Of a stretch of 64,000 nt of DNA, positions 29,308-43,007 are shown piece by piece. The DNA is taken from contig JABRVW010000010.1 of assembly GCA_039961715.1 (NCBI GenBank), forward strand, positions 36,679-100,678, written 5' to 3'. The notes beneath the pieces were generated by a model. That model was not told the origin of the DNA, ran no database searches, and saw nothing but the letters and a program-made list of their open reading frames with translations. Made by a program: the position numbers and the translations under genes. Numbering within the stretch: the first letter of the stretch is position 1; each line of letters begins with the position of its first letter. The stretch comes from Ignavibacterium sp. Lineage in GTDB: Bacteria > Bacteroidota > Ignavibacteria > UBA10030.

Positions 29308-32300
29308 GGTTATCTCCCAGTTGCATTGCGACCGCTTTGAGGAGCTCGTCGGTTTGGTACGGCTTTGCGATGAATCCTGAAGCTCCCTCGGACAGCAACT
29401 GTTGGACGCTTCGGTCCTGCGAAAAACCACTGGAAATGAGTATTTTGAGAGATGGATTGACGGAGCGGAGCGCCCGAAACGTTGCCGTGCCATCCATCTC
29501 CGGCATGATCATGTCGAGAATGACGAGCGAAATCCTTTCCTTCTCCTTTGCGTATTGTTCGACAGCCTCCCTGCCATTTCCCGCCGTCACTGCGGTGTAC
29601 CCATGCCCCGAGAGAACGTCCACAAGCAGTTCGCGGAGCATGGGCTCATCCTCCACAACCATCAGCACCTCTCCCTTCCCGCGGGCGATGTCATCATGCA
29701 CAGGTTCTTCGGACGGAGGCAAGTCCACGCTCGCGGGAAGATAGATCTTGAATTCCGTACCAACCCTCTGCTCGGTCAAAACGTCAATGAAGCCGCCATG
29801 ATTGCGGACAATGCCGTATACCATGGCGAGTCCCAGTCCCGTGCCCCTTCCTTTGCTCTTTGTCGTGAAGAACGGTTCGAATATTCTCTCCTTCACCTCG
29901 GGCTTCATGCCGGTTCCATTGTCCCGTACGCTCAGGCTCACATATTCCCCCGGAGCCGCCGACAAGTGAACGTCGACGAAACCTGAGAGAGCCTGCAGAC
30001 GCGACGTCGTGATGGCGATCGCCCCCCCCTCCGGCCCGCGGCCTTCAGCGATCGCATCACGCGCATTAATGCACAGGTTCATCAAAACCTGGCCCAGGAG
30101 GTTCGCGTCGCCCCGAACGGGAGGAAGCGCATCGGCCAGGTCGGTCGTGATGGCAATCGTCTTGGGAAACGAGCTCTCAAGGATATGGATCGTGTCCTTG
30201 ACCAGCGCGTTGACTTCCACGCGTTCGATCTTTCCTTGCGACTTGTGCGAGAAGCTCAGAAGCTGTTTCGAGAGCGAGGCCGCGCGTTGTGCGGATTTTT
30301 CGATTGCCTCGATGTACCGCGAGATCTGCTCCTCTTCCGGAAGCCGCTTGCGGATCAGATTCGTGTAGCCGATCACGGCTCCAAGGATGTTGTTGAAATC
30401 GTGCGCCACACCTCCCGCCAGGGTTCCCAGGCTCTCCATCTTCTGTGCCTGCAGGAGCTGGAGGGAGAGTTGTTCCTCGCGTTTGCGCTGGGCGAACATG
30501 TCAAGCTCCGATGCCAGCCTCTGCACGACCACGGAGATCATCTTCTTTTCGTGGTCCGTAAATTCGTGCGGCTTCGTGTCCATCACAGACACCATGCCGA
30601 TAACATCCCCGCGTCCGTTGAGCATCGGTACGCCCGCAAAGGATTCAATGCCCCAGTTCTGAAGCAGGGAATCTCCGCGAAATCGCTCTCCAGCCCCTCG
30701 CTCCACAAAACAGGAATCCTTGGTGGAGAGGATGGTCTCACAGGGAGTTCCTTCAAGACGATGAGAGAGTCCGCGCTCCAGATTGCCCCTGTTGTAGAGG
30801 ACGAGAATTCTCGCCTGGGCTCCGATCACTTCGGCCACGGAGACATGAGACATGCCCAGCATTTCCGCCAGCCCGGTCGCCGCGTTGTCGAACAACTCGA
30901 AGCCGTGAGAGGTCGTCGCCAGCGTATAGATCGTATCAAGCTCCTTTTCCTTCTGTTTCTTGACCGACACGTCCCGAAGAATGGACTGCAGAAGTCCGTT
31001 CCCCAGGAGGGCGGCGCTCACTTCACACGGGAACCTCGTTCCGTCCTTGCGTTTCAGAACCTGCTCTGAATTCGTCGCCCTGTCCTCTGCGATGAGCCGT
31101 GCATAGAATTTTCTGTGGCTCGCAAAGCCCTCCTCCCGCGGCAGGTCGGAGAGGTCCGCCACCGACAGCTTCAGGAGCTCTTCGCGTTTGTACCCCAGCA
31201 TGGCGCAGGCCGCGTCGTTGACTTCGACCAGCCTGCCGTCTCCGTCGCTGACCAGAATCGCGTCGCTGGCCTCAAGGATCAGCCGGCGGTAGGTTTCCTC
31301 CGAGCGGGCGAGTTCCTCCTGCGCCTCCGCTTCCGCCGTAATGTCCCTGATCTGAACCTGGAGCAGTTTTTCGCCTTCCAACTCGAATGGGAGCATCCGC
31401 ACCTCGGCTTCGAACGGCGTTCCGTCGCGGCGGATGTGCCGCCAGGTAAACTTCCGATGCTCTCCTTCGAGTCCTGCCCGGATGTGTGCCAGGAGCGCCG
31501 CCTTGGATTCGGTCCCGTCGATCTGATGGGGAGGCGTAAACGCATAGAGCGTCTGGCCAACAAGATCCTCCCTGCCCGCCCTGAACATCTCGAGCGCCCG
31601 GGGATTGCTTTCCATGATCACATCCCCCTTCAAGACAAGAACCGCGTCGATCGCATGCTCAAAGAGCAGGCGGTACTTGAGTTCAGAGTAATGCAGTTTC
31701 GACTCAAGTTCCCGGGCCTGGGTGATGTCCTCAAGCATTCCCAGCATCGTATGCGCCCAGCCCGCTTCATCGGCGACCACAAATCCACGGTCATGCATCC
31801 ATGCATACGAGCCATCCCTTCGCCGGAAGCGATATACCACATCGTACGGTCTCATGGCCGCGATGGCGCGATCCAGTTCGTGCAAAGCTGTTTCGCGGTC
31901 ATCCGGATGAATCAACTCTTCCCATTCCCTGATATCCCCGCGTAAATCCTCGAGGCTGTATCCCAGAACCTGTCCCACGCTTCCACCCCACAGTATGGCG
32001 CCCGTCGCAATGTTATATTCGTACACGATTTGCGCCGAGGAGGCAATGATGAGTTCGTACCGGCGTCTCCACGCGTCGATTTCCTTTTGCTGGAGGTGTT
32101 CTTGTGTCCGATCAAGAAGCGTTCCAATAACGGCTGGGCGGCCCTGGTACACCGACCTGGTCCCCAGCACTTCGACGTCAATCTGCCCGCCATCCTTTCG
32201 CACGCCGCGGAAGGTATACCGCAATGTTTTCACGCTGCCCGTCAGCCTCAGTCTGATGTTCTCCATGACCATCCCGCGATCATCAGGATGCACAAGCTCT

Positions 32301-34885
32301 TCCACAGCGAGATTCTTCACAATCTCATCGACAGAATATCCAAAAATCTCCCCGAACCGCTGGTTCACAAACGCGAACCGGCCTTCCTGAATAATGTAAA
32401 CGCCGACAAGCGATCCCTCCACCAGGCTCCGGTATTTTTCCTCTGATTCGTGAATCCTCCGTTCATCCTCCTTCTGACGCGTCACATCGTGGAGAATACC
32501 CTGCATGGCCACGAGGGACCCCTGAGCGTCCCGGATCCCGGTAATGCTTGCGTTGACCAGAATCTGGTCGCCGGTCTTCTTCTTCAGGCGTAACTCCACG
32601 CCTTTGACAAATCCCGCCTCCTGAAGGCGCTTGAGGAGATTCTTCCGGTCGCGGGGATCTGCATAGAGGTCCTTTCCGATATCCACGCGAAGGAGCTCAT
32701 CCTTGTCACGAAAGCCAAAGAGATCCACAGCGGCCAGATTGGCATCCAGGATCTTCCCGTCTATCGTGCTAACGTAAATGGCATCCTTTGATTCCTCGAA
32801 CAATCGGCGAAACTTCCGCTCTGAGTCCCTGAGCGCTGTCAACAGCCTTCGTTCCTCGAACGCCCCTGCGATTTCGGAAGCCACTGCCAGCTGGACCTGG
32901 ACATCGCTTTCCTTGAAGGAGTCGGTGCGGTTGCTTTCGATATTGATGACGCCCAGGACCACACCAGAGGGCATGAGAATCGGAACGCACAGCTCGGACC
33001 GTGTGGAAAGATTGTTCTTGTTGATGAAATACCGGTCTTTGCTTACGTCCTGCACGAGGCGGGTTCTTCCCGTTCGTGCCACCCAGCCCACAACCCCTTC
33101 ATCGAGGGATTGCTCGTAACCCGGCTTGATCCGGCGGGCTTCTGATCCGGAAGCGGCAAGGAGGCGCAAGGAGCGACGGACAGGGTCAAGAAGGAGGATC
33201 GCCGTGAGATGGTAGCCGTACGCCTGGACCATGAGATCGCATACGTTCTTGAGGAAGGCTTCCGATGAGAATCCCACGCGGGCAATCGATTTGATATCGC
33301 GCAGGAGCTTGATTTTCTTGATCTCCTGCTGAAGCGAAGCGTGTAGGTGTGCGTTGCGAACTGCCAGCGCGGCGTGAAGAGCAAACAACTCGAGGCGATC
33401 CACATCGCCCGGCGAAAATGTGCTCCCTGTCCGGCCCTGAAGGATCAGAACACCCAGGACCCTGTCTTTGAGAATGAGAGGAACAGCAATAGTCGGGTGT
33501 GTGGATCCCGGCGATCCGCCGGCATCGTCCGTGATGATGCTGCGCAGACGGACCGCCTTTGAAGCCGACGCCAGGAGGCCATCCCGCAGGCCTCCGGAGC
33601 GGACACGATCTCCGGTCCCGGCGGCAAACGTCAGCGTGCCACGTGCTTCTTCCACGAGCGCAAGCGATGCTCGGGACGCGGAAGGAACGAGACGAACAGC
33701 CTCTCTGAGAATCCTGTCGAGCACGTTCTGCAAATCGAGCGAACCGGCGATCCTGGCGCCACTCTGCTGCAGGCCTTCCATTTCCCTCCGCCTCGCCTGC
33801 TGATGGGCGAAAAGTTGGGCGTTTTCTATTGCGAGAGCCGACTTCTCCCCAAACCGGCCCGCCACTTCAAGGTCGGCCCTGAGAAAGGGCCTGTCGTGGT
33901 ACCGAGCAACGTAGAGGACGCCCAGCAACCGCCTCCCTGCCACCAGGGGGAGACACAAGAGGTGTTCAAGGTCGGGAATGCTTCCGGGAGGGTAGACCGA
34001 CCGCGGATCCTGCTCGGCGTGATTGAGAATCTCTGCCCTGCGCGTACGCGCGACCGTGCCGATCACGCCCGTGCCAATGGGAAATTCAAAACGACGAAGC
34101 TTCAGGGAATACTCCGAACGGGGCCATGCCACCGCATAAACCATGGATTTTTTCCGGGAATCATGGAGATACACGCCTGCAAGATCACAGGGAATTACGC
34201 GGCGGATGTTGGAGACAATGGCATGCAGAACCTTCTGCAATTGCTTCTGCTCCAGGATCTGGCTGTCAACCTCGTTCAGGAGCCGGTACTGTCGTGCCTT
34301 AGATTTGTTTTCTTCAAGAAGATGAGCTTGCAGTGCGGCAAGGGCGGCGTGATGCGTGATCACACGCAGGGCTGTAAGTTCTTCCTTTGTGAATTCATCG
34401 TTCGCGGTGCCGACGAGTAACGTGCCCAGGAACCTCCGTTCGCCGAGCAGAGGCGCATTGTAGACACCCTTGATGTGCAGAGTCTTCTGGAAACGCCTTA
34501 CGAGCCCCGCGGGAATCATGGGGTCGAAGACCTCCGTGAGGTTTCGTCCCGTCCAGGTCTTTCCTTTCATGAGGCCCTTCAGAACGCGATTGGCTTCGGG
34601 CCTTGCCCTGAGTTCGAAATCGGAAACCTTGGCACCAAAGATTGTTGCCACGGCGTCACCGACTTTTCGGGGAGCAACACCGAGGGCCTTCAGCGATCCC
34701 GTGTTTTCATCGTATCGGGTGACGACAACTGCACAGAAGCCGAATTCCGAAACCAGCCCCTCCGCAAGCTTCTGCATGACCGGCCCCAGGTGCTGCTTTC
34801 GCACTGCCGCGCGCGCCAAACGCTCGATAAGCCTGAGCGCTCTTGCCTGCGACGCGGGATCCGGCAGCTTCCGATTTCGTTTCAT
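29300..34885 (-). CDS. Soluble hybrid sensor histidine kinase (4 GAF, 5 PAS, GAF, HisKA, HATPase, REC; 1861 aa)
   Basis: H-box AGGVAHDFNNIL; N-box NLCINARDA; DNGTGM, FTTK, GTGLGL; REC VEDE...LDMIMP...KP; PAS starts such as FRRLFE, YRSLVE, YRLLFE. Confidence 0.92.
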   Translation of the reverse strand: MKRNRKLPDPASQARALRLIERLARAAVRKQHLGPVMQKLAEGLVSEFGFCAVVVTRYDENTGSLKALGVAPRKVGDAVATIFGAKVSDFELRARPEANRVLKGLMKGKTWTGRNLTEVFDPMIPAGLVRRFQKTLHIKGVYNAPLLGERRFLGTLLVGTANDEFTKEELTALRVITHHAALAALQAHLLEENKSKARQYRLLNEVDSQILEQKQLQKVLHAIVSNIRRVIPCDLAGVYLHDSRKKSMVYAVAWPRSEYSLKLRRFEFPIGTGVIGTVARTRRAEILNHAEQDPRSVYPPGSIPDLEHLLCLPLVAGRRLLGVLYVARYHDRPFLRADLEVAGRFGEKSALAIENAQLFAHQQARRREMEGLQQSGARIAGSLDLQNVLDRILREAVRLVPSASRASLALVEEARGTLTFAAGTGDRVRSGGLRDGLLASASKAVRLRSIITDDAGGSPGSTHPTIAVPLILKDRVLGVLILQGRTGSTFSPGDVDRLELFALHAALAVRNAHLHASLQQEIKKIKLLRDIKSIARVGFSSEAFLKNVCDLMVQAYGYHLTAILLLDPVRRSLRLLAASGSEARRIKPGYEQSLDEGVVGWVARTGRTRLVQDVSKDRYFINKNNLSTRSELCVPILMPSGVVLGVINIESNRTDSFKESDVQVQLAVASEIAGAFEERRLLTALRDSERKFRRLFEESKDAIYVSTIDGKILDANLAAVDLFGFRDKDELLRVDIGKDLYADPRDRKNLLKRLQEAGFVKGVELRLKKKTGDQILVNASITGIRDAQGSLVAMQGILHDVTRQKEDERRIHESEEKYRSLVEGSLVGVYIIQEGRFAFVNQRFGEIFGYSVDEIVKNLAVEELVHPDDRGMVMENIRLRLTGSVKTLRYTFRGVRKDGGQIDVEVLGTRSVYQGRPAVIGTLLDRTQEHLQQKEIDAWRRRYELIIASSAQIVYEYNIATGAILWGGSVGQVLGYSLEDLRGDIREWEELIHPDDRETALHELDRAIAAMRPYDVVYRFRRRDGSYAWMHDRGFVVADEAGWAHTMLGMLEDITQARELESKLHYSELKYRLLFEHAIDAVLVLKGDVIMESNPRALEMFRAGREDLVGQTLYAFTPPHQIDGTESKAALLAHIRAGLEGEHRKFTWRHIRRDGTPFEAEVRMLPFELEGEKLLQVQIRDITAEAEAQEELARSEETYRRLILEASDAILVSDGDGRLVEVNDAACAMLGYKREELLKLSVADLSDLPREEGFASHRKFYARLIAEDRATNSEQVLKRKDGTRFPCEVSAALLGNGLLQSILRDVSVKKQKEKELDTIYTLATTSHGFELFDNAATGLAEMLGMSHVSVAEVIGAQARILVLYNRGNLERGLSHRLEGTPCETILSTKDSCFVERGAGERFRGDSLLQNWGIESFAGVPMLNGRGDVIGMVSVMDTKPHEFTDHEKKMISVVVQRLASELDMFAQRKREEQLSLQLLQAQKMESLGTLAGGVAHDFNNILGAVIGYTNLIRKRLPEEEQISRYIEAIEKSAQRAASLSKQLLSFSHKSQGKIERVEVNALVKDTIHILESSFPKTIAITTDLADALPPVRGDANLLGQVLMNLCINARDAIAEGRGPEGGAIAITTSRLQALSGFVDVHLSAAPGEYVSLSVRDNGTGMKPEVKERIFEPFFTTKSKGRGTGLGLAMVYGIVRNHGGFIDVLTEQRVGTEFKIYLPASVDLPPSEEPVHDDIARGKGEVLMVVEDEPMLRELLVDVLSGHGYTAVTAGNGREAVEQYAKEKERISLVILDMIMPEMDGTATFRALRSVNPSLKILISSGFSQDRSVQQLLSEGASGFIAKPYQTDELLKAVAMQLGDNHA

Positions 34886-34946
34886 GGCATGTCAAATATA
34901 GGGAGTTTTTGTTATATTTTGGGGCAACGCAACCGGAGAAATGACG

Positions 34947-37733
<2,787 letters not shown>

Positions 37734-37820
37734 CACCGTCAAGCCGCCGGTCTGTTCGAAACCTTCTTCTCCTGGCGGCACCCTGGCCACGGTACCAAAA
37801 GGCGTGTACCTCGCGCCCTC

Positions 37821-39080
37821 TCACGCAGACGACTGCGTCTTCATTCCTTCTCTTGTTCGCATGTATCTCCTGTAGAGATACAACACCACCACAAGCATCA
37901 CAATCCCGATGACTATGTACACGATCGTCAACGGGGGGCTTACAATGTCCTCCCATTCATCCACCTTGTCCTGAAGGGCCTTCACTTCCTCCTCCGTCAG
38001 TCCTCCGGTGCGAACCATGGATGGAATCCATTCCGGTACAACGTGGCTGTTCCACACGGAATCCGCAAACGCTTCGTATCGAAAATATCGCTGGCCATCC
38101 TTTTCATCTCTCGCCTTCCGGATTTCCTCGTCGAGATATGCCGTCAGGTTCGCAAGGAATTCCCTTCCGTTCGAGAAGGGCGCCACCTGAACGCTGGTTC
38201 TGGCAAACACATTGTTCAAGGTCCTCCAGAACAGTCCGTTAAGCTTGCCCTTCCAGGTGCTCAGCATCGTGTCGATCGTCGCAAGTTCGGCGGCACGTTT
38301 CGTGCGGGTTCCAGCGTACACGTCGGCCAGCTTCTTTCCCAGGCCCCTCCACTTTGAGGCGAACGCTTCGTGTTCCTCGGAGAGCTTCAGAATGTCATTG
38401 CCAGTGAGTTCGGTGGCCTCCAGGAAGCGGACGTTATCCTCAATCGACTGGCGGATGCCCGAAAAAACGTTGCGGCGCTCAAGGCGGGCAGCAACGCCGC
38501 GCTTCTCGCGGTCGGTCATAACGGCGACATCTTTGTCGTACTGCATGAAGAGACTGTCCACCAGGGCAAAAACCAGCTCATCCCGCTGGCGGAGTCCCTG
38601 ACGAAGCTTGATAATCACGGCGTTGAGGGAATCGATCGTCGTCTTGGAATCCCTCAACCGCTTCATCTCCCCCAGCATCTTTGCGTTCTCCCCGGCAAGG
38701 CTTTCGACCTGCTGGCTCAGCTCACGAACCTGCGTCTCCAGTTCCGTGATCCGCTCATACTGGCTTTCAATGATCGTAATCTTGTCTTTGGCGTACATCA
38801 ACTGCCCGCGCAGCTTCATCAGCCGACCCGCAAATCCGTCCGGATACAGAGCCCGGTCGATCAAAGCCCGATACTCACGGTACGTACTGTCCAGCTCGAG
38901 GATGCGGGACTCCACATCCACAATCTCCACCGTCGTATTCGCGGCCTCAATTGACGTGGCAATGGCCACGGACTCGTTTTCGAAGGCGCGGACGATCTCA
39001 TAGTCGGAACGTACCTGAGAAAAAACAACGGCGGGGATGACGAGCAAAAGAGCCAGCACAACGTTCCTGTATGGGATCAT
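37821..39080 (-). CDS. Hypothetical secreted coiled-coil protein with C-terminal membrane anchor
   Basis: Signal peptide, heptad-rich central region, C-terminal TM LTIVYIVIGIVMLVVVLYLY followed by RRYMRTR. Confidence 0.7.
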   Translation of the reverse strand: MIPYRNVVLALLLVIPAVVFSQVRSDYEIVRAFENESVAIATSIEAANTTVEIVDVESRILELDSTYREYRALIDRALYPDGFAGRLMKLRGQLMYAKDKITIIESQYERITELETQVRELSQQVESLAGENAKMLGEMKRLRDSKTTIDSLNAVIIKLRQGLRQRDELVFALVDSLFMQYDKDVAVMTDREKRGVAARLERRNVFSGIRQSIEDNVRFLEATELTGNDILKLSEEHEAFASKWRGLGKKLADVYAGTRTKRAAELATIDTMLSTWKGKLNGLFWRTLNNVFARTSVQVAPFSNGREFLANLTAYLDEEIRKARDEKDGQRYFRYEAFADSVWNSHVVPEWIPSMVRTGGLTEEEVKALQDKVDEWEDIVSPPLTIVYIVIGIVMLVVVLYLYRRYMRTREGMKTQSSA

Positions 39081-39547
39081 CAGCGACCCCCTTCCTGAAT
39101 GCCGCTCCTGGAGAGCAGGCGGGGTTTCTCGCCGGCGCTCAGGAGCTGAACATACGGCGGTCTGGCATTGAAAGCCGGAGATTGGAGGCCCTTCTCTGAA
39201 ACAAGGATCTTGTTCTCCAGAACGAGGGCGCCATCCCCCGTTCCGAACACGTACACATGCCTGAAGCCGGACGATGTTATGTAATAGTATCCCGCCTGGT
39301 CGCGAATGACCCTCACGCTCAATCCGCCGACATCCGTCGAGTCTTCCTTCTCCTCAAACACCAGGGGTTTGATCGAAAAACTGACCTGATATCTGTTTTC
39401 CTGCACCATTCCTGACGCGTCGGCCTTCAAGACGCTTTCCACCGGCCAGCCGAAATCCGCAGGCTTTAAGGCCAGCGGCGCACACGCCGCAAGAAGGACA
39501 AAAGGAAGGATGAAAGAGGCTTGAGCAAAACGAAACACCGGATTCAT
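39080..39547 (-). CDS. Hypothetical lipoprotein
   Basis: ATG 39547 (alternatives 39559, 39598); lipobox LAAC; 1-nt TGATG overlap with the downstream gene. Confidence 0.7.
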   Translation of the reverse strand: MNPVFRFAQASFILPFVLLAACAPLALKPADFGWPVESVLKADASGMVQENRYQVSFSIKPLVFEEKEDSTDVGGLSVRVIRDQAGYYYITSSGFRHVYVFGTGDGALVLENKILVSEKGLQSPAFNARPPYVQLLSAGEKPRLLSRSGIQEGGR

Positions 39548-39603
39548 GATGGTCCCCATGGGTATGGCGTGGGTTGATGGCACGAAAGGAAAAAACATTG
39601 CTG

Positions 39604-39632
39604 AATATAGAGAAGAAACCCCAGCGACGCAA
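39604..39632 (-). promoter_or_regulatory. Candidate sigma70 promoter for the lipoprotein/coiled-coil pair
   Basis: Minus strand TTGCGT-17 bp-TATATT. Confidence 0.5.
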
Positions 39633-39673
39633 GGCGGTTTGTCACAATCGGAAATGGAGCATGCGATGGGCTT

Positions 39674-40321
39674 CTATCCCCCGGCGACTTCACTCCGCGC
39701 GCCTTCCCTCCGCATCCTTCCAACGAGGAAAGGCTTTAGCACGTACCAAAGCCTTGTTCCCAGAAGGAGCGCCAGAATCCCGCCATAGATCAGGGGTCGC
39801 TGTACATCGGCCTTCACCAGCCACAGATAGTGGATCACGCCGCCTATTGCCGTGATATACACGAGCTTATGGAGACGGTTCCATAGCCTGCCACCCATCC
39901 ACTTTGCGATCCGATCGGTGGACGTTGCGGCGAGGGGAATCATCAACACGAAACTGAGAAATCCGACGGTAATGAAGGGTCGTTTCGGAATGTCGGCCAG
40001 GATCTCTTCCCACAAAAAGAACTGATCCAAATAGAGATAGGTGAAGAGATGGAGGGTTCCGTAAAAGAAGGCAAAGAGTCCGATCATTCGCCTGAATTGC
40101 AGCAGACGGTTCCAGCCACTGATTCTGCGCACAGGTGTGATCGCCAGCGTGACCATGAGAAACCGGAGGGTCCACGTGCCCGTGGTATCGGTCACATCGT
40201 CGATGGGATTCGCGCTGAGATTGTCATGATACCAGTTCCACCCCAGCCACAAGAATGGAAGGAGGCACGCGACAAACACGAGAGGCTTGAAGATGAAGCG
40301 GATGCGCTGGCCGGGAGTCAC
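39674..40321 (-). CDS. msrQ: Sulfoxide reductase heme-binding subunit MsrQ (YedZ)
   Basis: TGTW.LRFL, RRMIGL, YGTLH, KRPFITVG, WNRLHKLVY, IHYLW. Confidence 0.92.
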   Translation of the reverse strand: MTPGQRIRFIFKPLVFVACLLPFLWLGWNWYHDNLSANPIDDVTDTTGTWTLRFLMVTLAITPVRRISGWNRLLQFRRMIGLFAFFYGTLHLFTYLYLDQFFLWEEILADIPKRPFITVGFLSFVLMIPLAATSTDRIAKWMGGRLWNRLHKLVYITAIGGVIHYLWLVKADVQRPLIYGGILALLLGTRLWYVLKPFLVGRMRREGARSEVAGG

Positions 40322-40348
40322 GGGAAGGGATCCGATGCGCGAGCCTGA

Positions 40349-41296
40349 TCAGAAGTGCTTCCTGAGGTCCATTCCGCTATACAGCCCCGCCACCTGATCA
40401 CCGTAACCGTTGAAGATCTGCGTTCTGCGCTTGCGGAACTCGCCGATCCGGCGTTCGAACTTCTGGCTCCAACGCGGATGGTCGACATCAGGATTCACGT
40501 TCGAATAGAAGCCATATTCGTGGGGAGCCGCCCGTACCCAGGTCGGAACGGGCTCCTTCTCCGTCAGCCGAATCCGCACGATGGACTTGCAGCTCTTGAA
40601 CCCGTACTTCCAGGGAACTACGATGCGCAGGGGAGCGCCGTTTTGATTCGGAAGCTGTTTGCCGTAGAGGCCCACAGCAAAGATTGCAAGCGGGTGCATC
40701 GCTTCATCCATCCTGAGTCCCTCCACATACGGCCAATCGAGCACGGGACGGCTCAGTCCGGGCATCTGCTGCGGATCGTTCAGCGTGGTAAACTCGACGT
40801 ACTTCGCGCGCGAGGTCGGACGAAATCGCTTCAAGAGGGCCGAGATCGGAAATCCGAGCCACGGAATGACCATTGACCATCCTTCGACACAGCGCAGGCG
40901 GTACACGCGGTCTTCCTGGGTAATACCCTTAAGGAGATCATCCAGATCATAGAGGCCGGCATTGTGGACTTCACCATCAACCCTCACCTTCCAGGGCCGG
41001 GGTTTCAGGCTTCCCGCATTTTCGGATGGATCATCCTTGTCCGTCCCGAACTCATAGAAATTGTTGTACGTCGTGATATCCTTGTACGACGTGAGATCTT
41101 CATCAGTATTGAAAGGACCGGCGGGAGGCCGTTTATACGGTGGGTCCTGCGGACCCGCGAAACGCGGGAGAGCAAAAGCCGCCGCCGTACCGGCGGTCAC
41201 CAAAGCGGCGCTTTTAAGAAAGGTCCGGCGATTCCGATACAAGGATTCCGGAGTGATCTCAGATGAGGGGATGTCAGACGGTCGTTTGATCAGCAT
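40349..41296 (-). CDS. msrP: Protein-methionine-sulfoxide reductase catalytic subunit MsrP (YedY)
   Basis: ATG 41296 (SD AGGAGG); SEITPE, Tat motif [42 protein letters not shown]. Confidence 0.95.
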   Translation of the reverse strand: MLIKRPSDIPSSEITPESLYRNRRTFLKSAALVTAGTAAAFALPRFAGPQDPPYKRPPAGPFNTDEDLTSYKDITTYNNFYEFGTDKDDPSENAGSLKPRPWKVRVDGEVHNAGLYDLDDLLKGITQEDRVYRLRCVEGWSMVIPWLGFPISALLKRFRPTSRAKYVEFTTLNDPQQMPGLSRPVLDWPYVEGLRMDEAMHPLAIFAVGLYGKQLPNQNGAPLRIVVPWKYGFKSCKSIVRIRLTEKEPVPTWVRAAPHEYGFYSNVNPDVDHPRWSQKFERRIGEFRKRRTQIFNGYGDQVAGLYSGMDLRKHF

Positions 41297-41354
41297 AGGA
41301 GCCTCCTTGTTCCCATGGATCGTACAACATTCCTCCCCGACGCTCTGTTCCGCC

Positions 41355-42983
41355 CTACGCCTCCCCGGCAGCTTTTCTCTCCTGCTTCCACCACCTCTGC
41401 ACAACGTCCTGGATGAATGTCTTGGCTTCGCTTTCCTTCCATTTCTCGAAAAACTTGATATCTCCGCTTTCCGGCTCGGGGTTGGGATAATCGATTTGCA
41501 CCCGGAGCGGCATGGGAAGGGCGTCTCCCACGACCAGCGCCTCGCCCTGGCGCAGGGAAGGGAGCACGTCGACCAGACCCACGAACGTGTCCGGAACAAG
41601 CTTTCGGACATAGTTCTGGTCTACTGGATTGGTCAGACGAAGGACGACATAGTTGCTGCATTGGGACAGAATGGTTTCCGACACCTCGGCCGGGCGCTGG
41701 CTCACAATCATGCAGCTAACGCCATATTTCCTCCCCTCCTTTGCGATCCGTTCAACTGTCCGCCGCGCCGCTTTCGTGGATTCCCCCGTCGCCGGCAGAT
41801 AGTTGTGCGCCTCTTCAAATACGAGGAGGACGGGAAAATCCCGACGGTGGGGGTTCCAGAAATTGAAGTCGAACGTGACGCGTGCCAACAGGGACACGAC
41901 CGTGTTGACGATGTCGAACGGGACGCCGCTCATGTCCATCAGCGTGACCTTGGCGCTCCCCCCGGGGCCGAAGATCTTTTGCAGAAAGTCACTCAGGGAC
42001 GAGGTCGCAACGAACTGCTTGGGCTTGAACATGAATTCATACCGTGCGTCGTTCAGCTTGCTGTCCAGGCGAACAAGGAACCGCGTAAACTTGCCATAGA
42101 ACGGCCCTTCCTTGGTTGCCCCCGCCGCGCCCATCCCGGCGACCTTTTCCGTGTCGAGGAACTGCATGCGTGCCCGGACCTCGGCAATGTCGAAATAGGC
42201 AGGCGTATCGACAGTGATGAAATCCGCCAGGTCAGGATTCTTTCCCTTCTTCCCGGCGACGATGAGATCCTTGAGCACGGTGATCTGGCTGGAGGCGTTC
42301 TCGTCCCGTTCGTCCACAAACATTTCCTGGATCTCCTCGAAGTTCATCAGCCAGTAGGGCAGTTCCAGATCGGCGATGGGCAGATAGTTTGCGTTCGCGC
42401 CGAACGCTGCATGGTATTCGTTATGGATATCGATGAGGATGACGTTCGTGTCGGGAAACGTCGCCACCTTTTGGAGGATCGATGCCACCGTGCACGACTT
42501 TCCCGAGCCACTCGATCCCACAACAGCGATGTGCTTGCTGAACAGCTTGTTCGGATCGATGTAGGCGCGCTCCTTCTCAAACATCGAAAGCTGTCCGATG
42601 GAAAAGCCAAATTTCTGAAAAATCGAAAAGACGGCAGTCAGATCCTGATCCTCTGCAAAAAAGACCGGCGCATCGATGGGCGGAAGAATGGACACGCCGC
42701 GCTCGTACCGTCCTGCCTTGACCGTCCCGACCAGGGTCACAACAAGCTGCACCCTCTGGCGAACGTCGCCGTTGATCGGAATGTCGGATTTCCGCAACTC
42801 GGCCACCATTGCCACGACAATCTGCTTCCCCACGGGAATGAGCACGTAGCTTCCGAGCTGACCGATGTAATAGACCTTCCCGCCGATTTCGCGTTTCAGC
42901 GAACCGACCGCGTCATCGAGGAGCACGGTCAGAGCCCCGCTGTTGACTGCTATGACCTGGCCGATTTTCTTTTGTTCCGTCAT
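41355..42983 (-). CDS. HerA/FtsK-family ATPase (HAS barrel + DUF87-type P-loop)
   Basis: N-terminal HAS barrel (IGQVIAV...IGQLGSYV); Walker A GSSGSGKS; DIHNEY; LPYWLM; Walker B VFEEAH; EGRKYG; SQRP. Confidence 0.88.
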   Translation of the reverse strand: MTEQKKIGQVIAVNSGALTVLLDDAVGSLKREIGGKVYYIGQLGSYVLIPVGKQIVVAMVAELRKSDIPINGDVRQRVQLVVTLVGTVKAGRYERGVSILPPIDAPVFFAEDQDLTAVFSIFQKFGFSIGQLSMFEKERAYIDPNKLFSKHIAVVGSSGSGKSCTVASILQKVATFPDTNVILIDIHNEYHAAFGANANYLPIADLELPYWLMNFEEIQEMFVDERDENASSQITVLKDLIVAGKKGKNPDLADFITVDTPAYFDIAEVRARMQFLDTEKVAGMGAAGATKEGPFYGKFTRFLVRLDSKLNDARYEFMFKPKQFVATSSLSDFLQKIFGPGGSAKVTLMDMSGVPFDIVNTVVSLLARVTFDFNFWNPHRRDFPVLLVFEEAHNYLPATGESTKAARRTVERIAKEGRKYGVSCMIVSQRPAEVSETILSQCSNYVVLRLTNPVDQNYVRKLVPDTFVGLVDVLPSLRQGEALVVGDALPMPLRVQIDYPNPEPESGDIKFFEKWKESEAKTFIQDVVQRWWKQERKAAGEA

Positions 42984-43007
42984 ACGCGTTTCCTGAAGAG
43001 TGGTTGA

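Noticed and set aside
41061-43007. 648-aa plus-strand ORF (also 10915-12453, 14724-16016, 35016-36317 on the minus strand)
   Set aside because: Antisense shadows of well-supported genes, with no motifs.
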